NCBI GenBank assembly: GCA_963733035.1 | Contig: CAVTBU010000005.1 | Coordinates: forward strand, 480,001-544,000 | DNA length: 64,000 nucleotides | Reading direction: 5' to 3' | DNA from: Pirellulales bacterium | Lineage (GTDB): Bacteria; Planctomycetota; Planctomycetia; Pirellulales; PALSA-1355 | Part shown: positions 32,018 through 42,804 of the stretch, piece by piece | How the letters are laid out: every line of letters begins with the position of its first letter | Numbering within the stretch: the first letter of the stretch is position 1 | Notes under the pieces: model-generated | Told to the model about the DNA's origin: nothing | The model's database searches: none | What the model saw: the letters and a program-made list of their open reading frames with translations, nothing else | Made by a program: the position numbers and the translations under genes

Positions 32018-32081
32018 GACGCCCACAACTTTCGCCCCGCTCAAACCGATGCCCCAGTTTGCTTCATCCCCCCGCCCTGCC

Positions 32082-32678
32082 ATGCCCGGTACCGACACTG
32101 GCCAGCTGATCGTGATTTCTGGGCCCTCGGGAGCCGGCAAGACGACGCTTTTAAAGCGACTGTTTGAAGAATGCCCCGCGCTGGTCGCCAGTGTTTCTGC
32201 CACAACGCGGAAGCCTCGCCCCGGCGAGGTCGACGGGGCCGACTACCATTTCATCTCGACCGAGGAATTCAAGCGACGTCGGGCTGCCGGCGATTTCCTG
32301 GAATGTTTTGAGGTTTTCGCTAGTGGAACGTGGTATGGAACGCTGGAAAGTGAAGTGGCCCCTAGCCTTGCGGCCGGCAAGTCGATAATCTTAGAGATTG
32401 ACGTCCAGGGAACCATGGCGGTGCTTAAGCGGTATCCCCAGGCGATCACCATCTTCGTGCACCCCACGTCGGTTGAAAACGCGGACGATGATCTGCGGGA
32501 GATTGAACGGCGTCTGCGCTCGCGTGGCACCGAGAGCGAGGAGTCGATCGAGCGGCGGCTTGCCGTGGCCCGCCGCGAATTGGAGAGTGCCCGCCAATAT
32601 CAACACCAAGTGGTCAACGACGACGTTGAACGAGCCGTACAAGAAATTCGCGCCATTATCTGTCCCCCCGAGGTGTAA
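32082..32678 (+). CDS. gmk: Guanylate kinase
   Basis: [38 protein letters not shown]. Confidence 0.97.
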   Translation: MPGTDTGQLIVISGPSGAGKTTLLKRLFEECPALVASVSATTRKPRPGEVDGADYHFISTEEFKRRRAAGDFLECFEVFASGTWYGTLESEVAPSLAAGKSIILEIDVQGTMAVLKRYPQAITIFVHPTSVENADDDLREIERRLRSRGTESEESIERRLAVARRELESARQYQHQVVNDDVERAVQEIRAIICPPEV

Positions 32679-32683
32679 TCGTT

Positions 32684-32944
32684 ATGCTCGACGAGCTGCG
32701 AGAAGAGGAAATTGTCAATAAGGTCGGCGGCCGGTTTAAGCTGTCCACCCTGATCCAAAAGCGGCTGGTGGCGCTGAACGCCGGCAGCCGTCCGCTGGTC
32801 GACATCAAGGCCGACAACAAGCTGGAAATCGTGATCCAGGAGATCATGCAGGACAAGATCTACCTCGACACCTCCCTGCAATTGAAGGTGACGGGCGAGG
32901 AAGCCGCCGGCGGACCGCCCGAACTGGATTTGGCTAACCTATAG
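32684..32944 (+). CDS. rpoZ: RNA polymerase omega subunit
   Basis: [15 protein letters not shown]; canonical position between gmk and coaBC. Confidence 0.85.
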   Translation: MLDELREEEIVNKVGGRFKLSTLIQKRLVALNAGSRPLVDIKADNKLEIVIQEIMQDKIYLDTSLQLKVTGEEAAGGPPELDLANL

Positions 32945-32951
32945 TTACCGT

Positions 32952-33503
32952 ATGACCGGGCGAGAAATAGTCGTTGGCTGTAGCGGCGGAATCGCGGCCT
33001 TCAAGACCGCCTCGCTGGTCAGCCAATTGGTGCAGTCGGGCGCCGGTGTCTCGGTTGTCATGACACAAAGCGCCCGCGAGTTCATCGGCCCGGCCACGTT
33101 CACAGCGCTGACCGGTCGGCCGGTGCTCGATAGGACTTTCGACCCGCAATATCCGCTTGGCGCGCATATCGAGCTGGCCGAGCGGGGTGAATTGCTGTGC
33201 ATCGCGCCGGCGACGGCCAACGTACTGGCCAAGGCAGCCGCCGGTTTGGCCGACGACCTGTTGAGCACGCTGCTATTGTCGTTCACTGGTCCTGTTCTCA
33301 TGGCACCGGCCATGAACTGCGAGATGTGGGAGAAAGCCGCCGTCCAGCGAAATGTCACGCAGCTGCGGCACGACGGCATCCATTTCGTCGATCCCGAGGA
33401 AGGCTGGCTCAGTTGCCGCCGTCGCGGCATGGGCCGGATGGCCGCGCCAGAAAAAATTCTCGAAGCCATCGGCTCGCTGCTGACGAAGCCAAAAGTTGTG
33501 TGA
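32952..33503 (+). CDS. coaC: Phosphopantothenoylcysteine decarboxylase (flavoprotein half of CoaBC)
   Basis: GCSGGIAAFK, HIEL, APATAN, APAMN..MW, G.GRMA; ends in TGA 9 nt before the next start. Confidence 0.92.
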   Translation: MTGREIVVGCSGGIAAFKTASLVSQLVQSGAGVSVVMTQSAREFIGPATFTALTGRPVLDRTFDPQYPLGAHIELAERGELLCIAPATANVLAKAAAGLADDLLSTLLLSFTGPVLMAPAMNCEMWEKAAVQRNVTQLRHDGIHFVDPEEGWLSCRRRGMGRMAAPEKILEAIGSLLTKPKVV

Positions 33504-33512
33504 CGAGATAAC

Positions 33513-34145
33513 GTGGCGCGCATCCTCATCACCTCTGGACCGACGCGGCAGTACATCGATCCGGTGCGCTATCTGACGAATGCGTCCAGTGGTCGGATGG
33601 GAAAGGCACTCGCCGAGGCAGCGCTGGAACACGGCCACGAGGTCGTGATCGTCAGCGGTCCGGTCGATATCCAGTATCCCGCCGCCGCACGCGTGATTGA
33701 CGTCATTTCAACCGAAGATATGCTCGCGGCGGCTCAGCGAGTTTTCCCCGAATGCGACGGCCTGATCGGCGTGGCCGCGCCCAGCGACTACCGTCCGGTG
33801 AAAGTAGCTCCTAACAAGATCGCCAAGACGGGTGATCCGCTGGTGCTCAATCTGGTCGAAACGGCCGACGTAGTCGCGACCCTCGGCGCTCAGAAAACGA
33901 AGCAATGGCTCGTGGGTTTCGCCCTGGAAACCGAAGATCATCGACTGCGAGCTCTCGCCAAGCTGGAGAAGAAACACTGCGATTTGATGGTCTCCAACGG
34001 TCCCGAGGCGATGCATTCGCTCGAGAATCACGTGGAAATCATCGACCGCGCCGGCAACGTCCTGGAAACGCTTTCGGGCCCCAAGGAAGAAGTCGCCCGC
34101 GGCATTTTCACCGTGATCGAAGAGCGGCTCGTGCGGGTCAAATGA
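33513..34145 (+). CDS. coaB: Phosphopantothenate-cysteine ligase (CoaB half)
   Basis: ITSGPTRQYIDPVRYLTNASSGRMG, AAPSDY, VGFALET. Confidence 0.92.
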   Translation: MARILITSGPTRQYIDPVRYLTNASSGRMGKALAEAALEHGHEVVIVSGPVDIQYPAAARVIDVISTEDMLAAAQRVFPECDGLIGVAAPSDYRPVKVAPNKIAKTGDPLVLNLVETADVVATLGAQKTKQWLVGFALETEDHRLRALAKLEKKHCDLMVSNGPEAMHSLENHVEIIDRAGNVLETLSGPKEEVARGIFTVIEERLVRVK

Positions 34146-34193
34146 AGTCGGCCACGGCGGCCGCCGATAGGGCGTCGCGGCGTCGCCTAGGAC

Positions 34194-35514
34194 TCATTCC
34201 GGTTTTGCGACCGGCAGCGGCACGTTCTTGAACGTCAGGTACACGTCGCGCTTCGAACGCAGCCGGGGATAGTGTAGCCGCAGCGTATGCGCTTTGCTGT
34301 CAGCCGAGTCCCCGTGAAACGTGATGCGAAGCTGCACGCCCCGTTCGGTGAGCGAGGGCGTCTGGCTCTGCACGCGAAACGGCTCGCCGGCCTGGTCGAC
34401 CAGTTCCAAGTCGTATTCGCGGAAAACCACTTCCTGCGGATCGGGCATCGCCAGGTCGCGGAGCACGTGCACCGTTACTACGTAGCGGCCCGCGGTCGGT
34501 TCCTCGATTGAATCGAGCAGCATCACGACGTCGTCCTGGGCGTGCGGCATGTTTGGTTCGAAGTCCGCGGTCTCCAGCACGGCCGGTTCGCCCGTCGCAA
34601 TCAGCCCCCAACGGATGGTGAACGTTTCCAGCGTCTGCGCCGATACGGGCACCGGATTGAGCTTCAGACTGGCAGTTACTTGCCGCAAGCCGCGAGAGGT
34701 GGCATTCCACCCGCCGCCCGATGGCTGAGCCGCCGAGAGAATCACGTGGTTGTCGGTCACACCCTCGACCAACTCGGGTTGCGTGGCATAGCCCACGATG
34801 CCAAAGCGGTCTTCCCAGTTGAACTGCAAGTTAATGTGGAAACTGTGTGTCAGCTCCGACTTTTGCTCTTCATAGTTAAGCTCCTCGACGAAGTAACGCT
34901 TGGCGTTGATAATCTGTGCTCGCACGGGCCCAGCGTAAGCTCGCGGATAGGCGCCCGGCGAACCGGAACTGACCACGACGCCCGGCGTGTGCATGTCGTA
35001 GTGCGGCCGCACGCGGTTACCCGTGCGGAGACAAATCTCGTCCACGGCTTCCCAGTAACAAACGCCGTCAAAAACAACGTCAAGTTCTTTCTCGGCAAAC
35101 GTTCCGTACGGGTCGCCCACGTGGATCTTGTTCCCACTCTGCTTGCCGAGCTCGCGCAGGATATCCGCCGCGGGCTGTCCAGCGGCCTCCAGGGTGATCA
35201 GACTCGGGGCCCAAATCTCGTCGAGTTTGATCGCTTCGAGCAGTTGACCTGCGCAGACGAATTTCGGGGTCGGCGTCGTTGAGTGCCTTCTCTAGCTGTT
35301 CTCGGCTGCCATTGCCGATTTTCGCCAGACGTTGAAACGCACCGCGTCGAGTCGAAAAGTCCCGGTCGCCCAGCTGTTTAATGAGCGTGGCCACGCGCAC
35401 TTCGTCGGCAGGCTTCGGTTGAGCCACCACGTCGACCGGTGACGCGAGTAGTATCAGCGCCAACAGACTCGGCATGCCGGCACGCCGGCAAACCCGCGGA
35501 GAGTTCCAATCCAT
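34194..35514 (-). CDS. Hypothetical secreted protein with N-terminal HEAT-like helical repeat; apparent frameshift near 35252
   Basis: Signal peptide, LIKQLGDRDFSTRR..DADPEIRLR; restoring 2 nt joins ORF 35080-35514 to ORF 34194-35120. Confidence 0.7.
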
Positions 35515-35734
35515 GGACCGGCTCCTGCGGAAACTTGGTTTCTGGTTCGAGCAGTTCGTTGCCCGGACGCGTTATCGTCCCGTTCCGCTTGCCGACACCC
35601 AACGGCTCGGCCGGGCATGGGCAAGCGTCCCGAGGCCGGTTATCCTGTCGGCTCGGGATACTTAATTCCAAAACGGGCGAACAGTACGAAAACGCCTCCG
35701 CCGGGTCAATGCCGAGCCGAGGACGAGAATTTCC

Positions 35735-36709
35735 ATGACGGCACAGACAGCACCTGCCGAAGTCGACTGCTTGAGCGTCGGCATCCTCGTAGCCGACCAT
35801 CTCTGCGATCCGATTGACCACGTTCCGGCCGCCGGCGAATTGATCCTCTCCGAACGGCTGCCGTTGGCCATCGGCGGGTGCGCATCGAACGTGGGGATCG
35901 ATTTGGCCAGACTTGGCGTTCGCGTGGGCGTCATAGGCTGCGTCGGGCAAGACGCGTTCGGCCGCTTTATTATTGACGCATTGGCTGCCGCACAAGTCGA
36001 CGTACGTGGAATTCGCCAACTGGCCCATGCGGAAACTTCCGGCACGTTGATCATCAATGTGCGGGGCGAGGATCGCAGGTTCGTGCATGCCGTGGGTGCC
36101 AACGCCCATTTGCAGGTAGCCGACATTCCACGAGAACGTGTTCGACAGTCCAAGGTGCTCTATGTTGGTGGCTATTTGCTCATGCCAGCGCTCGAAGGCG
36201 AGCCGCTGGCCGCCTTGTTTCGCGATGCCCGGGCGGCAGGCGTCAAAACCGTGCTCGACCTCGTGCTGCCTGGACCGGGAAACCACTGGCCAAAACTCGA
36301 GCAGGTCTTGGCCGAGACCGACGTCTTTCTGCCAAATACCGACGAAGCCCGGATGCTCTCTGGCGAGGTGGATCCCTTGCGTCAGGCGGAGCGGTTTGCC
36401 GCGGCCGGAGCCGGCGCGGTCGTGATCACCTGCGGCGGCGAAGGGTCGATCATTGTATCGGGCAATCAGCGGATGCGGGCCGAAGCGCATCAGATGGAAT
36501 ACAAGGGGGGCACCGGTGCGGGAGACGCCTTCGACGCCGGCTTCATTGCGGGTCTTCTTTTAGGACACGATCTAGCCGATTGCGTCCGCTGGGGAAGCGC
36601 CGTCGGAGCGAGCTGCGTACGATCGATCAGCGCCACTGACAGCGTGTTCACTCGCGCCGAAGCCGAAGCCTTCTTGCGGGAACATCCGTTGGCGGTGCAC
36701 CGTCTTTAG
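35735..36709 (+). CDS. PfkB family carbohydrate kinase
   Basis: GGCASNV..LARLG, VGQDAFG, PNTDEA, TCGGEG, GTGAGDAFDAGF. Confidence 0.95.
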   Translation: MTAQTAPAEVDCLSVGILVADHLCDPIDHVPAAGELILSERLPLAIGGCASNVGIDLARLGVRVGVIGCVGQDAFGRFIIDALAAAQVDVRGIRQLAHAETSGTLIINVRGEDRRFVHAVGANAHLQVADIPRERVRQSKVLYVGGYLLMPALEGEPLAALFRDARAAGVKTVLDLVLPGPGNHWPKLEQVLAETDVFLPNTDEARMLSGEVDPLRQAERFAAAGAGAVVITCGGEGSIIVSGNQRMRAEAHQMEYKGGTGAGDAFDAGFIAGLLLGHDLADCVRWGSAVGASCVRSISATDSVFTRAEAEAFLREHPLAVHRL

Positions 36710-36929
36710 ACATTCCGCCTCTAAGCATTCCGCCCACGAACGGCCCCTTGGTTCGGCTCGCCCCCCACTCTTGGGATTTGCTTTTTGCCGGTCGTAGCGG
36801 AAACGGCAATTTGCGACTCCGAAAGTGACGGCTGTCGCCAATCACTCCACCGGTTTGTGTCCTATGGTTTTTTGAGGCTGGAGCGATAGGCCAGCCCTGG
36901 CAGATGAGCGACCTCGATGAGACGGCACC

Positions 36930-37106
36930 TTGCGCAAGATCTTGCACCGCTTCCGTCGGTTTTTTGGCTCGGACGAAGGTCCGACGGCGGTGGAGTACGC
37001 CGTTATGTTGGCACTCATTCTGTTGGTCTGCGTGTCGGGCGCTCGGACGCTCGGCTGCAGCATGCAAGCCCCCATGGCAACGACCGCAAATGAACTGGGG
37101 AAATAG
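36930..37106 (+). CDS. flp: Flp family type IVb pilin (58 aa, below the ORF-track cutoff)
   Basis: TTG-started MRKILHRFRRFFGSDEG/PTAVEYAVMLALILLVCVSGARTLGCSMQAPMATTANELGK*: basic leader, DEG cleavage site, EY at +5/+6, hydrophobic helix. Confidence 0.88.
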   Translation: MRKILHRFRRFFGSDEGPTAVEYAVMLALILLVCVSGARTLGCSMQAPMATTANELGK

Positions 37107-37202
37107 GACTCCGTCGCGCGAATTGACAATTCCACAACGAACCGAGCGACCAAATTGAGGTAGGGTTTCCGTAGCCGCATTGATCTCCAACAGAGGCAAA
37201 CC

Positions 37203-37685
37203 ATGTTCCGAAACAAACCACGCCGCCAATTGTTCGTCGACAAACACGTTCAAGGTGCTCTGCTCTATCGCATCGCCATCTATTGGTGCTTCTCGGTTTT
37301 GACGGTCTGCCTCATTACGCTCTGCGCGAGAGCCATTACACATCCGAATCAACCGTTCCTCGACTACTTTGCTTTTGGCGAGTTCTTCGTGCAGTACGGC
37401 CCGGTCATATTGACTTCGTTGGTGCTGGTACCGCTGATCATGTTCGACGTGGTGGCCATCAGCAATCGCTTTGTCGGCCCGCTGTTCCGCATGCGCCGCT
37501 CAATGCGAGCCCTGGCCGCGGGCGAAGAAGTCGAGCCAATCCATTTTCGCGAGAAGGACTACTGGCAGGAATTGGCCCAGGAGTTCAACCTCGTGCTTGT
37601 CCGGGTCGAGGAGTTGAAACAAGAACTTGCCGAAACCAAACAGAAGTTGGCCGAAGCCGAGCTCGAGACAGTCGGAAAGAAATAG
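37203..37685 (+). CDS. Two-TM membrane protein with HAMP-like C-terminal region
   Basis: RRQLFVDK.VQG, two TM helices, SNRFVGPLFRMRRSMRALAAGE..FREKDYWQELAQEFN. Confidence 0.75.
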   Translation: MFRNKPRRQLFVDKHVQGALLYRIAIYWCFSVLTVCLITLCARAITHPNQPFLDYFAFGEFFVQYGPVILTSLVLVPLIMFDVVAISNRFVGPLFRMRRSMRALAAGEEVEPIHFREKDYWQELAQEFNLVLVRVEELKQELAETKQKLAEAELETVGKK

Positions 37686-37764
37686 CCGGGCGGAAGCGAG
37701 CAACGATCTCCGATGTGCTCGGCAGCGAGCCCCATTTTCCGGCGTAAAAGCGGACCTGCCGTTG

Positions 37765-37793
37765 TTGACAGCCGCGGCGGGCCGGCCTATGCT
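37765..37793 (+). promoter_or_regulatory. sigma70 promoter of the cimA leader
   Basis: TTGACA (37765-37770)-N17-TATGCT (37788-37793). Confidence 0.7.
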
Positions 37794-37829
37794 AAAACCC
37801 TCACTTGCTCGTCAGTTTGAGAACCTACG

Positions 37830-37913
37830 ATGCTTGTCTTTGGCCGCCTGAACCGAAACGTTGCCGCCGCGATCGCCGTTGGCGTCATTATTATTTCGGA
37901 GGTGCGGCCGTAA
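37830..37913 (+). CDS. Ile/Val-rich attenuator leader peptide of cimA (27 aa)
   Basis: MLVFGRLNRNVAAAIAVGVIIISEVRP*, with ATT-ATT-ATT at 37887-37895; lies between the promoter and the terminator. Confidence 0.8.
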   Translation: MLVFGRLNRNVAAAIAVGVIIISEVRP

Positions 37914-37942
37914 GGGCGAAGCGGTGAAGACCGATTCAAACC

Positions 37943-37986
37943 AAGCCCCGAGGCCGCCAAGGCCTCGGGGCTTTTTTCGTTTTTTT
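37943..37986 (+). terminator. Intrinsic terminator (attenuator) upstream of cimA
   Basis: Perfect 13-bp stem AAGCCCCGAGGCC/GGCCTCGGGGCTT, 5-nt loop, followed by TTTTCGTTTTTTT. Confidence 0.88.
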
Positions 37987-38033
37987 GTCCCACAAAACTC
38001 CGAGTCCTCCTCGAACCACTGGAAACCAAGACT

Positions 38034-39647
38034 ATGCGTCGCATTCAGATGTACGACACGACCCTCCGCGACGGCAGCCAGGGCGAAGGTGTCAACTTCT
38101 CGCTGCAAGACAAGCTGCTGATCACCGAACGTCTCGACAGCCTGGGTTTCGACTACGTCGAAGGAGGCTTTCCCGCATCGAACGAAAAAGACGCCCAGTA
38201 CTTTGCCCGCCTCGCCGACCTTAGGCTTCAGAACGTCAAAGTCTGTGCCTTTGGCATGACGCGCCGCCGCGGCGTTCGGCCCGAAGACGACCCGGGCATG
38301 CGGGCCTTGGTCGCGGCCAACACCAAGGTGATCACGTTGGTGGGAAAAACCTCCTCTTTTCACGTCAGCGAAGTACTCCGTGTCTCGCTAGAGGAAAACC
38401 TGGCTATGATCGCCGACAGCGTCCGCTACCTGCGCGAAGCTGGCCGCGAGGTCGTCTACGACGCCGAACACTTTTTCGACGGCTGGAAGCTCGATCCGGA
38501 ATATGCCCTCAAAACCGTGCGGGCCGCCGCCGAAGCTGGCGCAAGTATCGTCGTGATGTGCGACACCAACGGCGGCACCATGCCCGAGGAGATCTCCAAA
38601 ATCACGCGCGACGCGATCGCGGGCCTGGCCGTTCCGGTTGGCATCCATTGTCACAACGACTGCGAACTCGCGGTGGCCAACTCCCTGGCCTCGGTCGATG
38701 CTGGCGCCGCGCAGGTGCAGGGCACGGTCAACGGCCTGGGCGAACGTTGTGGCAATGCCGACTTGATCTCGGTCATCGCCAACCTGGCCGTCAAAAAGCA
38801 GGGTTACGAAGTCCTCGACGGCGGCGCCGCCGAACATCTGACCGAACTGTCGCGGTTCGTCTACGAGACGGCCAACCTGCGGCTACGCTCAAACCAGCCA
38901 TTTGTCGGTCAGAGCGCCTTTGCTCACAAAGGTGGCATGCACGTACACGCAGTCGCGCGGGCGACTTCAAGCTACGAGCACATCGCTCCGGAACTGGTCG
39001 GCAACGAGCGACGAATCTTGGTCAGCGAACTATCGGGACGTTCCAACATCAAGGCGGTTGTTGGCGAAACGCCCGCCGGCGCCAGCGACGATCCTCAACT
39101 CATGGATCGCATATTGGCCCGAGTGGTTGAACTCGAGAACCAGGGCTACCAGTACGAGGCGGCTCAGGGCTCTTTCGACCTGCTGGTGAAGAAGGTCGCG
39201 GGAACCTATCGTCCTCACTTCGAGCGGATCCATTTCCGCGTGAATGTCGAGGCTGATGGACCGGATAACGTGGTAACCGAAGCCACGGTAAAGCTCGGCG
39301 TCGATGGCCAGGTGCGGCACGAAGTGGCCGAGGGGGATGGCCCGGTGAACGCCCTGGACGCCGCCCTCCGCAAGGCCTTGCACGCGCATTTCCCGAACCT
39401 CGCCCAGATGCAACTGGTCGATTACAAAGTGCGGGTCATCAACACCGAAGCCGGTACTGCCGCTGGCGTGCGCGTAGTGATCGAAAGCCGCGACGAGGAT
39501 GACGTGTGGGGGACCGTCGGCGTGAGCGAGAACATCATCGAGGCCAGTTGGATCGCGCTGGTCGATAGCTTCGAATACAAGCTCTATAAGGACCAAAGTT
39601 CCAAATCGTCGGACACTCGGACGAAAGCCATGCCGGTATCGGGCTGA
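38034..39647 (+). CDS. cimA: Citramalate synthase (LeuA-family)
   Basis: YDTTLRDGSQGEG, EGGFPASNEKD, YDAEHFFDG, CDTNGG, HCHND, AFAHKGGMH, LVSELSGRSN, AEGDGPVNALD: CimA subfamily pattern. Confidence 0.88.
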   Translation: MRRIQMYDTTLRDGSQGEGVNFSLQDKLLITERLDSLGFDYVEGGFPASNEKDAQYFARLADLRLQNVKVCAFGMTRRRGVRPEDDPGMRALVAANTKVITLVGKTSSFHVSEVLRVSLEENLAMIADSVRYLREAGREVVYDAEHFFDGWKLDPEYALKTVRAAAEAGASIVVMCDTNGGTMPEEISKITRDAIAGLAVPVGIHCHNDCELAVANSLASVDAGAAQVQGTVNGLGERCGNADLISVIANLAVKKQGYEVLDGGAAEHLTELSRFVYETANLRLRSNQPFVGQSAFAHKGGMHVHAVARATSSYEHIAPELVGNERRILVSELSGRSNIKAVVGETPAGASDDPQLMDRILARVVELENQGYQYEAAQGSFDLLVKKVAGTYRPHFERIHFRVNVEADGPDNVVTEATVKLGVDGQVRHEVAEGDGPVNALDAALRKALHAHFPNLAQMQLVDYKVRVINTEAGTAAGVRVVIESRDEDDVWGTVGVSENIIEASWIALVDSFEYKLYKDQSSKSSDTRTKAMPVSG

Positions 39648-39735
39648 AGCGGAACTCGCCTGTTGATCGACTCCCCGTGCCGGTAGAATTTCAGCCGGCC
39701 CGGAGTTTTCCCTCACCACCCAACCGAATGCCGAA

Positions 39736-42700
39736 ATGTCGACAGACTCCAATACCGCCGAGCTTCCCAAGCAATACGATCACGAGGCCGCCCAGAGCCG
39801 CTGGTACCCGTTCTGGAAAGCGCAGGGCTACTTCCATAGCGAGCCCGATCCGAACCGCAAGCCGTTCACGATCGTCATTCCACCGCCGAACGTGACCGGT
39901 GCCCTGCACCTGGGGCACGCGCTTAATAACACGTTGCAAGATACGCTCATCCGCTGGCGGCGAATGCAGGGTTACAACGCACTCTGGATGCCCGGCACCG
40001 ACCACGCCGGCATCGCCACCCAGGCCGTGGTCGAGCGGCGACTGTTCGAGGAAGACAAGCTCACCCGCCACGATCTGGGCCGCGCGAAGCTCGTCGAAAA
40101 AATCTGGGCGTGGAAAGAAGAGTACGAAAAGCGCATCCTCGGCCAGCTCGAACGGATGGGCTGTAGCTGCGATTGGCAACGCACGCGGTTCACCCTCGAC
40201 GACATCTGCGCCGGGCCGTGCGTCACACCTTCTTTCGCTTGTTCAAAGACGGGCTCATCTACCGCGGCACCCGACTAGTGAATTGGGACACACATCTGCA
40301 AACAGCGGTCAGTGACGACGAGGTATTCCACGAAACCGTTCAGGGACACTTCTGGCATCTCAAGTACCCCGTGATTGACGCCCTGCCCGGCGAACCGGAG
40401 CATGTGAGCATCGCCACGACGCGGCCGGAAACGATGCTGGGCGATACGGCCGTGGCCGTGCATCCCGATCCGGGAGCGGCCCTCGACGCCTTCGAAGCGG
40501 AATTGAAACAAAAACTGGCCGCGGCTCCGGCGAAAGAAAGGCCGGCCGTTCAGGCGCAACTCGGAGAATTGGCCGAGCGGCGCCGCACGGTGCTTCCGCA
40601 GTTGATCCACCTGCGCGACATGGCGCGCGCTGGCCGCAAGGTGATGCTGCCGCTGTTGGACCGCCCAATCCCGCTCGTGGCCGACGAGTGGGCCAAACCC
40701 GAGTTGGGAAGCGGCTGTGTGAAAATCACGCCGGCCCACGATCCAAATGACTACGAGGTGGGCAAACGGCAAGACTTGCCGATGGTCAACATTCTCAATT
40801 CCAACGGCACGCTGAACGACAACGCCGGACCCTACCAGGGACTCACGATGAAGGCGGGCCGTGAGCGGGTGGTGGCTGATCTCGAATCGCTCGGTCTGCT
40901 CGAAAAGGTCGAGGACCGTGAAATCGAATTAGCACATTCCGACCGCTCGAAGATGCCAATCGAGCCGTACCTGGCCGACCAGTGGTTTGTGAAGATGGAT
41001 CGGCTGGCGCAAAGCGCGATGGATGCGGTGACCGATGGACGCGTCAAGATCGTGCCGCCGCGCTACGGCCGCGGTTATCTCGACTGGCTCGGCGAAAAGC
41101 GCGACTGGCCGGTGAGCCGTCAGCTCTGGTGGGGACACCAGATTCCCATCTGGTACGCGCGCACTGCCAGCGAAGCCGATTTAAGAAAAGCCTTTGCAGG
41201 ACGTGACGATGTTTGCTGGCACCGCGACGCCGAACACGACCAGTGGCTCGTTTGCGCGCTCGAAGAGGACCTGACCGAAGACGCCGTTGCAGGCCACAAG
41301 CTCACGCGCGAAGTTGACGTGCTCGACACCTGGTTCAGCTCAGGTTTGTGGCCACACTCGACACTTGGTTGGCCGGATAAGACCCCGGAACTCGACTACT
41401 ACTACCCAACCAGCACGCTCATCACCAGCCGCGACATTATCACTCTGTGGGTGGCCCGCATGGTGCTGCTGGGAATCTACAACGTGGGCGAGGTGCCGTT
41501 CCACGACGTCTACATCCACCCTAAGATTCTCGACGGCTACGGCGAGGGCATGTCGAAGTCGAAGGGCAACGGTGTGGATCCGCTCGACGTAATCGAAAAG
41601 TTCGGCGCCGATTCCCTCCGCTTCAGCCTGGCGTACTTGACCACCGAAACACAGGACGTGCGAATGCCGGTCGAGTTCGAGTGCCCACATTGCCAGGCAG
41701 CAATCGAACAGACCAAGAAGAATCGCGTGCAACCGCGTGTGGAGTGTAAGAAGTGCGGCCAGCCGTTTTCAACCCAGTGGGCCAACAAACCCGAGGATCG
41801 AGCCCTGCCGCGCGGGGCCGTCATTAGCGAGCGTTTCGAGCTGGGGCGCAATTTCTGCAACAAGCTGTGGAACGCGGCGCGGTTCGCATTGCTGAACCTT
41901 GAGGGTTACACGCCGCGACCGGTGGGCGAGCAAGAACTGGCCGTGGAAGATCGCTGGATCTTGAGCCGTCTGGCAACGGTCACCGCGGAAACAACGGCAG
42001 CACTCGAAACCTACCGCTATGGCGACGCGGCCCGCGTGCTCTACGACTTCGCCTGGAACGAGTTCTGTAGCTTCTACGTCGAGATGGCCAAAGGGCGATT
42101 GCAAGACGAACGGGCTCGCCTCGTGGCCCAGCGCGTGCTGGCACATACGCTCGATTCCATCGTGCGACTGCTGCACCCGATGATCCCGTTCATTACCGAA
42201 GAAATCTGGCAACGGCTGGCGGAGGCCGCGCCCCGACGTGGATTGACCCAACCGTCGCCTGCTGCAGAAAGCGTGATGATCGCTCCCTGGCCGGAAGCCG
42301 ACGCTGCGCGGCAAGACCCCCAGATCGAAGTTCGCTTCGCGCAGTTTCAGGAAGTGCTCAAGGGATTGCGCGACATCCGCAGCCGACAAAACATCCCGCC
42401 TAAGGCCAGGCTGCATTTTTCCGTTCGTTGCGATGCGCAGATGTCGAATCTGCTCAAGCCGATGGAGCCCTACTTCGAGTCGATGGCCGGCGCAGGCAAC
42501 GGCCTGGGGTGCCGACATCACAGCGCCAGAAACCAGCGCCGCGTTCTTTGCTTCTGGCGCCGAAGTGTTTGTCGATCTGGCCGAGCACATCGACCTCGAC
42601 GCCGAGCGCATCCGGCAAACCAAAGAACGGGACCGATTGGCCGGCGCGATCTCCCAGAAGGAAAAACAACTGGCCAACGAAAACTTCGTCAGTCGAGCCC

Positions 42701-42804
42701 CAGCGGCGGTGATCGAAAAGGAACGGGCGGCCCTGGGCCAATTGCGCGAGTTGCATACCGCCACGGAGGCAGCCCTGGCAAAACTCGCTTCGGCACGAAA
42801 GTAG
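39736..42804 (+). CDS. valS: Valine-tRNA ligase; two apparent frameshifts near 40210 and 42491
   Basis: PPPNVTGALHLGH, GTDHAGIATQ, ATTRPET, SRQLWWGH, DVLDTWFSS, MSKSKGN, C-terminal coiled coil LANENFVSRAP; spans three ORFs. Confidence 0.96.

Noticed and set aside
32952..34145. coaBC split by a frameshift
   Set aside because: Both halves are in the same frame with a clean stop and a separate start 9 nt later; this looks like a natural two-gene arrangement.
36709..36735. Direct repeat CATTCCGCC x2 after the PfkB gene
   Set aside because: Only two short copies; not a CRISPR or a recognisable repeat family.
36790..36900. c-di-GMP-I riboswitch upstream of the Flp pilin
   Set aside because: GGCAA and GAAA fragments are present, but I cannot build the P1/P2 architecture or the GACGCAAA junction. 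An Infernal scan is needed.
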